Position numbers and translations under genes: made by a program. The notes beneath the pieces were generated by a model. It was given only the letters and a program-made list of their open reading frames with translations. It did not search any database and had not been told where the DNA came from. Source: a bacterium (GTDB lineage: Bacteria > Zhuqueibacterota > Zhuqueibacteria > Residuimicrobiales > Krinioviventaceae). Taken from it: a DNA stretch of 64,000 bases. Shown here piece after piece: positions 9,167 to 17,651 of this stretch; position 1 is the stretch's first letter; each line of letters opens with the position of its first letter. The DNA is taken from contig OY843751.1 in NCBI GenBank assembly GCA_963693055.1, forward strand, positions 64,001 to 128,000. The letters are read 5' to 3'.

Positions 9167-9370
9167 ATGAGTGAAAAAAAACGCGTATGTACCATGTTGA
9201 TGCGTGTCGGTCCGAGTTATCCCGGTTTTTCAGACGAGTCCGAAGGTGAAGATAAAATGCTGACTTCGCAATTCTCCTGTTTAAAGACCGCAACTCCTGT
9301 GGGGCCCGATAATAATATTGCCGTCCCGCACGAGTGCACATCAGAACGACTCTGTTATAAAGAAACTTGA
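9167..9370 (+). CDS. Small Cys-rich hypothetical protein at the end of the oxidoreductase operon
   Basis: SD-like GGTAGG; C...SCLKT.TPVGPD...HECT..RLCY; lies before the operon terminator. Confidence 0.6.
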   Translation: MSEKKRVCTMLMRVGPSYPGFSDESEGEDKMLTSQFSCLKTATPVGPDNNIAVPHECTSERLCYKET

Positions 9371-9379
9371 GTTGAAAAT

Positions 9380-9412
9380 AAAAAAGGGACGATCATTGAT
9401 TGTCCCTTTTTT
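9380..9412. terminator. Bidirectional intrinsic terminator
   Basis: AAAAAAGGGACGATCA-T-TGATTGTCCCTTTTTT between convergent genes. Confidence 0.85.
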
Positions 9413-9439
9413 GTTTTAATAGATTGTAATTCTCTGAAA

Positions 9440-10660
9440 TTAATACAACGCCCACGGATACATGACCAGATCTGTTTTTCTACCTTTGGTAAGAGATTGC
9501 CCCTTGTTTAACAATACATATCCTTCTGCTTTACCAATGGATGTCAATTTATAAGGATCCTCATTTGAATAAAGGATAGCAACCGGTTTTCCTCCTGCTG
9601 TTGAAATTTGCAGTCGTAAAAATAAAGAGAGGTCCTCGGTGTTTTTTATAGAACTTCCCATAATTACAGAACGGGTTTGATGAGTTTGTGGTTTTCCCTG
9701 TATTTGCTGCAATACCGGATGAATGTAATACGCATAACAGTTTAATGCCAAAACCAGATTTTCCGGTAACCCGAACAACAGGGTTTGGTCCTTTTTAGCA
9801 AGATAGAATGATTGTCCCGGTTTTTGTTTTACACCCCAAAACAGATTTACAAATCCTGCTTCTCTGGCGGCTTCTTTGACTATATCCTGAGGACTGTCAG
9901 AGATACCTCCGCTAACAATAATGATGTTTGCAGATTCAGCGGCTTTATTAATAGCTTGTCTTACCGCATTGATATTATCACCGGTTCGGGTATGAAAGGC
10001 CAGATCTGCACCCGAAGAAAAGACGGCTGTTTTTAGCATGCTCGAGTTTGCATCGCGCATTTGGCCGGGTTCTGGTTTTAGGTCAAAGGGTACCAGTTCA
10101 CTGCCTGTAACTACTATTGAGACCTTTGGTGAAGCAATAACATCGATCTCGGTATATCCCTGAGATGCCAGCAAACCAATGCAGCCGGGAGTCAAAAAAG
10201 TCCCTGCTTTACAAAGGATTTCACCGCGTTTAAAATCTGAACCTGCTGTTCGAATACAATCGCCTTTAACATTTTTCTGTTTGATGAGCAACTCGTGATC
10301 ATTCACAAGCGTGTTTTCAATGGGTACAACAGTATCCGTACCTTTGGGCAGCAGAGCACCTGTATCAACGCGTACTGCGGTCCCTTTTTCGACAGGTCCG
10401 TTAAAAGGTGCCCCGGCTTCACTCTTGCCGCAGATGTCAAGCATAACAGACGAACTTTCATTTACTTTTGCTATATCTGTCCATTTAACGGCAAAACCAT
10501 TTACCGTACTGTGGTTGAAAGCGGGGTGTGCTTCACGAGCGGTTGCATTTTTTACCAGCACTTTACCGGATGCGTCTTCAAGCGATAGTAGCTCTATATC
10601 TTGTGGAGGAATATGCTGTTGAATGATTTGAACAGCATCGTTCAAAGAGATCAAATTCAT
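9440..10660 (-). CDS. moeA: Molybdopterin molybdotransferase MoeA/gephyrin-like (motifs degenerate)
   Basis: Full-length MoeA layout: TGALLPKGTDTVVPIE, VTGSEL, RDAN, VSGG, KPG. Confidence 0.85.
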   Translation of the reverse strand: MNLISLNDAVQIIQQHIPPQDIELLSLEDASGKVLVKNATAREAHPAFNHSTVNGFAVKWTDIAKVNESSSVMLDICGKSEAGAPFNGPVEKGTAVRVDTGALLPKGTDTVVPIENTLVNDHELLIKQKNVKGDCIRTAGSDFKRGEILCKAGTFLTPGCIGLLASQGYTEIDVIASPKVSIVVTGSELVPFDLKPEPGQMRDANSSMLKTAVFSSGADLAFHTRTGDNINAVRQAINKAAESANIIIVSGGISDSPQDIVKEAAREAGFVNLFWGVKQKPGQSFYLAKKDQTLLFGLPENLVLALNCYAYYIHPVLQQIQGKPQTHQTRSVIMGSSIKNTEDLSLFLRLQISTAGGKPVAILYSNEDPYKLTSIGKAEGYVLLNKGQSLTKGRKTDLVMYPWALY

Positions 10661-10953
10661 GTTAAAAATCTTGTTTTATAATACCCTTGCCGTTAAATAC
10701 GAAATGGGCATTGATGCTTTTGGGAAAATGCGACTGGATATTTTCCAGCACACAATTATTTTTCTTCCCAAAGGATTTAAGAGAATATATTATTAATATA
10801 AAGCACAATTTGATTAAATGCAAATGTGTACATGTACTCGTTGTAAACCGGAATTACAATGCTATTATTAGTAAACATCAAGAAAATGCTGCTAAAAGTT
10901 GTGATGCCCCTTTTACTTTTCAAAATGTTGATATTACTGGCCTTTAAATGTAT

Positions 10954-11463
10954 TTATTGACTCCATGGACAGGTAGCATTAGCAAAGTCTTTTTCGCCCT
11001 TTACGAGATGGTATAGATAAGATCCCAAACAAAATTTTAAAAATAATAGTGCGGAAAAAGCTATTACCAGAAAACCTTCAAAAATATATGCTGCAATATT
11101 CCATGACATGATAATGCTTATAGCCGCTCCCAATGAAAATACAGCCGCCATTCCCTGCGCAAAACGCCGGGGCCCAGGAGCGGCTTCAATTCTGGGCTTG
11201 TCTTTTTCGCGAATGAGAAAACGGTTGAAAAAGTTTTCAAACGGATTTGCTTTGGGTATTAGCACATTTATCCACAACACTACCGAAATGACAAGAAACA
11301 ATTGCCAACTCTGGAAAATGGTTGCAATAAATACCAATGAACCTACAATTGTAGGTTGAAATTGCAAAGAAAGGACTCGATAGTTTGCATCATTTTCTGA
11401 AAATCTGCTGAATCCCTGTTGTTGTAAAAATTTATAGTCAGTAGATCTCAATATGTTCTCCAT
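10954..11463 (-). CDS. DUF4395-family membrane protein
   Basis: PRRFAQGMA and FCLGSYLY motifs, several TM helices. Confidence 0.75.
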   Translation of the reverse strand: MENILRSTDYKFLQQQGFSRFSENDANYRVLSLQFQPTIVGSLVFIATIFQSWQLFLVISVVLWINVLIPKANPFENFFNRFLIREKDKPRIEAAPGPRRFAQGMAAVFSLGAAISIIMSWNIAAYIFEGFLVIAFSALLFLKFCLGSYLYHLVKGEKDFANATCPWSQ

Positions 11464-11565
11464 AAAATATTCTATCTGATTACAAAAACAGAGGAAAATT
11501 TGGCAATATTCCTAAATAGATTCTGGGTAGGAATGAGATGCTTTGTTTTACAAAATATGGGTTTG

Positions 11566-12162
11566 TTACATAAAGCGGGATTGGATATCTTTTAATTCTG
11601 TGGGGGTGTCTGCGTCAAAAAGAATACCATCTGATTGGATAGGAATTTTGTACACAGAATCTTGAAATGTTTTTCCCAAATCTCTGGCGGTTTGATTGGG
11701 TGACATGTTGGGTATTTCTTTTAATACCTGACAGGAATAAAATACAGGATGACCTCCCTGTCCATTAAATTCAGGGATAATAATGTCTTTATCGGTATTA
11801 TTGTGAGCAGTTATTAGTTCATTGATCCAAGCCGCACGGATTTGGGGCTGATCACCAAGGCAGACAATGGCACCCTTGCACTTTTCGGGCAGTGCTAATA
11901 CCCCGGTTTGCAGGGAAGAAAATTGTCCGCGTTTGTAATGTGTATTGATGATAAAATTGGCATGCACACCGCATTGGCTTTTGATCTCTTCCGGCTTGAA
12001 GCCCAGTACAACGATCACTGGCCCAATTCCGGCTTCACTCAGTTGTCCATGGATATGCTGTAAAAAGGTCTTTTCACCAATTTTGAGGATGGGTTTCAGT
12101 TGCCCCATTCTGCGGGACTCACCCGCGGCCAGTATGATTCCGGCAATCATGTTTATTTCCAT
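11566..12162 (-). CDS. mocA: Molybdenum cofactor cytidylyltransferase-like nucleotidyltransferase
   Basis: ILAAGESRRMG, GQFSSL, LGDQP, GHPV, DADTP; next to xdhC. Confidence 0.85.
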   Translation of the reverse strand: MEINMIAGIILAAGESRRMGQLKPILKIGEKTFLQHIHGQLSEAGIGPVIVVLGFKPEEIKSQCGVHANFIINTHYKRGQFSSLQTGVLALPEKCKGAIVCLGDQPQIRAAWINELITAHNNTDKDIIIPEFNGQGGHPVFYSCQVLKEIPNMSPNQTARDLGKTFQDSVYKIPIQSDGILFDADTPTELKDIQSRFM

Positions 12163-12956
12163 GTTTGGGTGTCAATGTTGTTTTTCACTGCAATCATTTC
12201 TGCTGCTATCGAGATAGCGATTTCAGCCGGAGAATCTCCACCAATCGGCAACCCAATGGGACTGTGAATTTGGTCAATCCGTTCAGCGGCAATGCCGTTG
12301 TCTATCAACGTCTTGCGTGTCTGCCCAACTTTGCGTTTACTGCCAATCATTCCCAGATAGGCAAAAGGCTGTTGTACGCAATATTCAAGAATTTCCTGAT
12401 CATGCAAATGTCCGTGTGTAACAATCACGATAAAAGTATGATCCGTAAATGTCAGTTCTGATAATGCCTGATCATAAGGCTTACAAATAACAGAGCGGGC
12501 ATCAGGGAGCCGTTCAGGTGATGCAAATTCAGGACGATTGTCTATGACCGTCATGGTAAATCCGGCGTCTTTGATGACACTGCTCAGTGCTTTGCAGACA
12601 TGTCCCCCACCGAACACATAGAGGGGAGAAGGGGGATTTAGCGGCTCGAAAAACAGGGTCATGTTACCGCCGCATAGCATATGCGTATCTGTTTCCAGAG
12701 AATATTCTTTTAACAAGGGCTCTTTGCTGTTCATTAAATCCATTGCCTGCCGGATCGCTTCTTTTTCAATGGCACCACCGCCAACAGTGCCGTGAGTATT
12801 ACCATTGGAATAGACGATCATACGGGAACCGGATTTTTGTGGAGCACTGCCTTTGGACTCGACCACTGTCACGATCACCGCCGGAATGGAACGTTTTTCA
12901 ATCTCTGCAATTTCAGAATATAATGATTTTTGAACAGTAGGCATTTGATTTTCCAA
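12153..12956 (-). CDS. xdhC: XdhC/CoxI family molybdoenzyme maturation factor
   Basis: GSAP, GTVGGGAIE, CGG, FGGGHV, VTHGH, YLGMIGSKRK, SPIGLPIG..PAEIAISI. Confidence 0.9.
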   Translation of the reverse strand: MENQMPTVQKSLYSEIAEIEKRSIPAVIVTVVESKGSAPQKSGSRMIVYSNGNTHGTVGGGAIEKEAIRQAMDLMNSKEPLLKEYSLETDTHMLCGGNMTLFFEPLNPPSPLYVFGGGHVCKALSSVIKDAGFTMTVIDNRPEFASPERLPDARSVICKPYDQALSELTFTDHTFIVIVTHGHLHDQEILEYCVQQPFAYLGMIGSKRKVGQTRKTLIDNGIAAERIDQIHSPIGLPIGGDSPAEIAISIAAEMIAVKNNIDTQTWK

Positions 12957-13027
12957 TAATATTTAATATAATATAAGATACTCGTATTTTTAAAAAAAGA
13001 AAATTCTGAACTACCTTTAATAAAAAA

Positions 13028-13834
13028 ATGGAAATTGAGGTGAAAATGAAAAAAGCGTTGTGGTTGTGTCTGCTTTTATTTGTGAGTAGTAATATGCTTT
13101 TTTCTGCAGAAACAAATCTGCCTGAAAAACAAAATTTTCATATTTTCTTACTGGCCGGTCAATCGAACATGGCCGGGCGCGGCAATGTTGATTCATTGAG
13201 CAAACAAATCCATCCGCGGGTGTTAATGTTGACAAAAGACAACAAGTGGGTGCCTGCGGTAGACCCCATACATTATGATAAAAGTGCAGCGGGAGTAGGC
13301 CCCGGCAAGTCATTTGCTCTGGCACTGGTTGAGCAGGACACATCGATTGTCATAGGACTGGTCCCCGCGGCTTGTGGTGGTTCACCTATAGATACCTGGC
13401 AGCCGGGCGGATACCACGATCAAACCAAAAGCAATCCCTATGATGATGCTATTAAACGCGCACGCTTTGCCATGCTGGATGGGTACCTTGAGGGAATTCT
13501 CTGGCACCAGGGGGAAAGCGATTGTGAACCGTTTCTTGCCGGTTCATACAAGACAAAGCTAATCAGTTTGATCTCACGCTTTAGAACGGATCTGGGGTAC
13601 CCTGAACTGCCATTTCTTATTGGGCAAATGGGCCAGTTTGAGAGCAATCCCTGGGATGATTATAAAAAGACCGTGAACCAGGCGCATATCGATGTTGCGA
13701 AAACGGTAGAGAATGCAGCGTTTGTAAAATCGGATGGACTTTCCTGTAGATCCGATAATGTACATTTCAACACTCAATCCGCTCGTGAGTTGGGGAAACG
13801 ATACGCAAAGGCGTATTTGAATCTGAAAAAATAA
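13028..13834 (+). CDS. Sialate O-acetylesterase / CE6 acetylxylan esterase (SGNH)
   Basis: LAGQSNMAGRG, ILWHQGESD, DNVHF; signal peptide. Confidence 0.9.
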   Translation: MEIEVKMKKALWLCLLLFVSSNMLFSAETNLPEKQNFHIFLLAGQSNMAGRGNVDSLSKQIHPRVLMLTKDNKWVPAVDPIHYDKSAAGVGPGKSFALALVEQDTSIVIGLVPAACGGSPIDTWQPGGYHDQTKSNPYDDAIKRARFAMLDGYLEGILWHQGESDCEPFLAGSYKTKLISLISRFRTDLGYPELPFLIGQMGQFESNPWDDYKKTVNQAHIDVAKTVENAAFVKSDGLSCRSDNVHFNTQSARELGKRYAKAYLNLKK

Positions 13835-13916
13835 AAATTAAATATCTATTACTTAAAAAGGGGTGATCCATCCGGTGGGAAAAACCGCCTGGTCCCTGAC
13901 ATTTGGGAGGAATATC

Positions 13917-15695
13917 GTGAGATTCAAGGTAATGGTTTTGTTATGGTTTGCATTTTCCATGATTGCACATGCATACTCTAGTGTTGAAGAAATCTATATT
14001 GAAACCGAGTTTTATGGTGTGTTGAACAAGACCCGTGCAGAGTTTATTATTAATAATCAAGGGGACCGCGATGATGAAGCAACGATTACCTTACAATTGA
14101 ACAAATCAGCTATTGTGACGGATATGTGGCTGGAAATTGACGGCAAACTGGAAAAAGCTGAAACAATGGACCGTGATACGGGAGAACAAATCTATGAGCG
14201 TATTGTGGAGAGACAAATTGATCCGGCTTTGATGATTAAGCGTGAAAATGGATTGTACGAATTGAATGTCTTTCCAGTAGAGGCCCGTAAAAGCAGAAAA
14301 GTGGTCATAGAGTATATTTGCGTTGTTGAAAGTGCTGACAAAGGCTACCCGGTTTGGACTTTTGGTACTCGTGCTCAACATGTTTGTCTGAACATAAAAG
14401 AAAAGTATCCTCAAAATATGAATATACATGTTTCACCGCTGCGTTATCAGCTTTACGGTAAATTGATTGATCAAAAAGAAAATTATTTCGAGTTTGAGAA
14501 TCCCAATCGTATAGATCTCCTTCTGTTTTTTAATAACAATTCCCTCAATTTCTTTAAATCAAATTCGAACATGTTATTTGAAAAGCAGGACCTGTCTTTG
14601 AACAGGTATGATTTTGACAGAGATGAATTGGACCAACTCGTAGAATTACTGTTTTATTTAAAAGGGGACCAGCGGTATTTGGTTACCTATAGAAAGGATG
14701 ACAGATTTTTAAAGGCATTTTTTAGCTATTTATCCCGTACGGGTAAAATAAAATATGATTATCATACCGAAGCAAAAAACTGGATTGTCAATCAGCAAAA
14801 TTATGAATACCTGGATGATACTTATCGATTGCGGTCTGATTTTAAAGAGAAAAGCAATGTTGAAAAGTGTTATTGCCCTTTTTTAGATGTATATGAAGAC
14901 TATCTTTTTAGTTTAAAGGAACCTGTAACTGTACAGCGCCTGAAAGGATATTTGACCAAAAGATTCTCCAAAATTGTCATTGAAAAAGATAAACGCGCTC
15001 AACGGATCCGGCAGGAAGAGCTGCAATATCAAGATCGACGCGATGCAAACACCTCGGGGGATTTTCAAACAAAAGCCAATTCGTCACTTGATCAGGATAT
15101 GAGAGTGTCATATTCAATGTCTGCATTGAGATCGGACAATTATGTGCCTGCCAGACCGGTTGGTGGAGATGCTAAAATTCAGGAAAAATTATACTATCCC
15201 TCTTTTTTACAAAAACTCGGATTGGGAGGGACTGTTCGGGTTAGTTGTGGCGTTGATAGATTCGGAAATATAACCCAAACCGACATCGCAACATCACTAC
15301 ATCCGCTCTTGGACCAGGAAGCAATCAGGGCCGTTAATAGTGTTGAATGGGAACCGACAAATAGTGATGGTAAAGACATTAACGGGGGGGGGACAGTCGT
15401 TGTTGAATTTAATAACAATACGAAAATTGTAGAGATGGATGAGATTGAGCACTCTGTTTTTGAACAATTGGGAAGAACGCTCGAGTTGTGGACCGCGAAT
15501 CCGCGTAATGTGTTTGAACAGGGATTTGACGCGGACTCGGCTATAGAACTGGAACTGGAATCTGATGCCTTTTTCAAATTCCTGATGGGGCATCCGGAAT
15601 GCATAAAACTGGTATACCGGTTTTTTTACAGGTTTAAAGCAAATCAATTAGGAGTTGTTGAGAACGACCAGTCTGTGTTGATTTTTAGAAAGTGA
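13917..15695 (+). CDS. Secreted VIT-domain protein with TonB C-terminal domain (paralog 1)
   Basis: GTG start after GGGAGG; signal peptide; VIT (AIVTDMWLEIDG, IYERIV..IDPAL, LNVFPV); TonB_C (YPSF..GTVRV..VDRFG..LDQEAIRAV..WEP). Confidence 0.75.
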   Translation: MRFKVMVLLWFAFSMIAHAYSSVEEIYIETEFYGVLNKTRAEFIINNQGDRDDEATITLQLNKSAIVTDMWLEIDGKLEKAETMDRDTGEQIYERIVERQIDPALMIKRENGLYELNVFPVEARKSRKVVIEYICVVESADKGYPVWTFGTRAQHVCLNIKEKYPQNMNIHVSPLRYQLYGKLIDQKENYFEFENPNRIDLLLFFNNNSLNFFKSNSNMLFEKQDLSLNRYDFDRDELDQLVELLFYLKGDQRYLVTYRKDDRFLKAFFSYLSRTGKIKYDYHTEAKNWIVNQQNYEYLDDTYRLRSDFKEKSNVEKCYCPFLDVYEDYLFSLKEPVTVQRLKGYLTKRFSKIVIEKDKRAQRIRQEELQYQDRRDANTSGDFQTKANSSLDQDMRVSYSMSALRSDNYVPARPVGGDAKIQEKLYYPSFLQKLGLGGTVRVSCGVDRFGNITQTDIATSLHPLLDQEAIRAVNSVEWEPTNSDGKDINGGGTVVVEFNNNTKIVEMDEIEHSVFEQLGRTLELWTANPRNVFEQGFDADSAIELELESDAFFKFLMGHPECIKLVYRFFYRFKANQLGVVENDQSVLIFRK

Positions 15696-15776
15696 TTTGG
15701 GATTTGCCTGGTGCTTGTCAAGTATCAGATAAATAGATTTCTGGTCCCCAATTATTATTTGGTATAATTTTTAGAG

Positions 15777-17549
15777 GTGAATTTGAAAAGAGTATTGTTT
15801 TTGTTATTATTAACCATTTCCACTATTGCTTATGCTAACGTCTATGTAGACGAGATCAGCATCGAGACCGAATTTTATGGCGTGCTGAACAAAACCCGGG
15901 CCGAGTTTATTTTGCGGAATGACAGTGAATGGGACAATCGGCAGGGATTTATTCACTTGTATATCAACAAGACCGCAATTGTTACGGACATGTGGTTAGA
16001 GATTGACGGCAGACTGGAGCGGGCCGAGACCCTTGCCCGGCAAACCGGTGAACAAATCTATGACCGCATAACCCGCCGCAATATAGATCCCGCAGTATTG
16101 ACAAAGTCGGGTAATGGCATCTATGAATTACGTGTTTTTCCGGTCAATGCCCACAGCAGCAGGCGGGTGGTGATCGAGTATGTGTGTATTGTTGAAAGCA
16201 GTGGTAAGAGTTTTGACTTTGTTTGGCTGTTTAACGCGGAAGCAAAAACTAAAACTATCGATGTGATTAAGAAATACCCTTCGGACATTGATATTTGTGC
16301 TTCATCTGTTTTAAAAGAGGATGTTGAAACGTCTGGGGATTTTTTCAGGGTTAAAGATAATCGTAAATTCGGACTAATTTTGGATGTGCCTTTCTCTGAA
16401 TTTGCGTTTTACAATAATAAAAGTTATATGGTTTTGAAAAACCACGAGATTGTTGTCAATCCCAAATATTACAATTGTTACAATGCCGTTCAACTTGAAA
16501 CATTGATTTGGGATATTGATCATTTCCCCAAATACCTGGTAAAATATGTTTACGGGGGCAATCCCTTTATTCAATCCTTTCTGGAATACCTGGAACGGAA
16601 AAAATTGATCGAGCTAGAATATCACCAGGAAGCGCCCGGCTGGTTACAGAGAGACAAAATGTGGACGTATTACGATCCGGCTTTTACATTGACATTACAA
16701 CCGCTGGCACGAAATGCCATAGACGAGTACTATTGTCCGTTTCTTGATGTATATCAGGATTATTTAGCTATTTTAAAAACAACACTCGCCGAGCAAAAGG
16801 ATAAAGGCTTTCTGGTAGAACGGCTTTCAAAACTGGTGATTGAGGATGACAGGCGCGCACAGCGGATCAGGCGGCAGGAGCTTGAGAATGAGGATTGGGA
16901 GTCGTTGGAGGAGTCAATTGAACCTGCTCCTGATGAATATGAGCAAAAGCCCTCCGACAATATGGATAATGATGGTGTATCTGCAGAAGCATTTATTGCA
17001 TATGATGAACCACCTTCGCCTATTGGTGGATTTTCTGCAATCCATAAAAAATTAAATTTCCCCAGATTCTTATTGTATAGATATGAAGGTAAGGTCATTG
17101 TGACCTGTCTAATTGGTGAAGATGGAAAAGTATTAGAAACCCGAATATTAAAATCTCTTCATCCCCTGCTTGACCAGGCGGCAATCGATGCGATCAGAGC
17201 TACTGAGTGGAAACCTGCGAAACAACGTATCAAGCCGGTCAAGGTTTGGATTTCTATTCCACTGGTTTTCAGGCAAGGAGGGAAAAAAGATGTTATTGAG
17301 TTGTCTGACAGCTTTGTATTTAAAGATCGAGAGTTTTATTGTGAATCCGATGAAAAGTACATTTGTTGTGAATCTGGATTTAATGAAAAGCAATGCATAG
17401 GTTTTGCAGCCGGTACAGAAGACTTTTTTAAATATCTGATTGAGAATCCGGATATTATTGCGTTTGTGGATTTAATTTACAACAATACGAGGGAATGGCA
17501 ATTGGGCTTGGTTGTTGAAGGTCAATCTGTGATGTTTGTGAAGGAGTGA
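15777..17549 (+). CDS. Secreted VIT-domain protein with TonB C-terminal domain (paralog 2)
   Basis: Same architecture; TonB_C YDEPPSPIGG..EGKVIV..IGEDGKV..LDQAAIDAI..WKPAKQR..PVKVWISIPLVF. Confidence 0.8.
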   Translation: MNLKRVLFLLLLTISTIAYANVYVDEISIETEFYGVLNKTRAEFILRNDSEWDNRQGFIHLYINKTAIVTDMWLEIDGRLERAETLARQTGEQIYDRITRRNIDPAVLTKSGNGIYELRVFPVNAHSSRRVVIEYVCIVESSGKSFDFVWLFNAEAKTKTIDVIKKYPSDIDICASSVLKEDVETSGDFFRVKDNRKFGLILDVPFSEFAFYNNKSYMVLKNHEIVVNPKYYNCYNAVQLETLIWDIDHFPKYLVKYVYGGNPFIQSFLEYLERKKLIELEYHQEAPGWLQRDKMWTYYDPAFTLTLQPLARNAIDEYYCPFLDVYQDYLAILKTTLAEQKDKGFLVERLSKLVIEDDRRAQRIRRQELENEDWESLEESIEPAPDEYEQKPSDNMDNDGVSAEAFIAYDEPPSPIGGFSAIHKKLNFPRFLLYRYEGKVIVTCLIGEDGKVLETRILKSLHPLLDQAAIDAIRATEWKPAKQRIKPVKVWISIPLVFRQGGKKDVIELSDSFVFKDREFYCESDEKYICCESGFNEKQCIGFAAGTEDFFKYLIENPDIIAFVDLIYNNTREWQLGLVVEGQSVMFVKE

Positions 17550-17593
17550 TTTAAATCCTATAGTCTTTGAATCCTATTTGACATAATTCAGAC

Positions 17594-17644
17594 AGAACGG
17601 CCCTTCGATGCATCCGCCAACAGCTGATACTCGGGGACCGTTCT
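17594..17644. repeat. Hairpin/REP-like element between convergent operons
   Basis: AGAACGGCCCTTCGA...TCGGGGACCGTTCT; related element at 5001-5047 (ACGGCCCTT...CCGTTCT). Confidence 0.45.
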
Positions 17645-17651
17645 TCCTTTT

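Noticed and set aside
5440-9370. Selenocysteine read-through in the molybdoenzyme operon
   Set aside because: TGA stops coincide with normal protein ends and next-gene starts; no internal TGA
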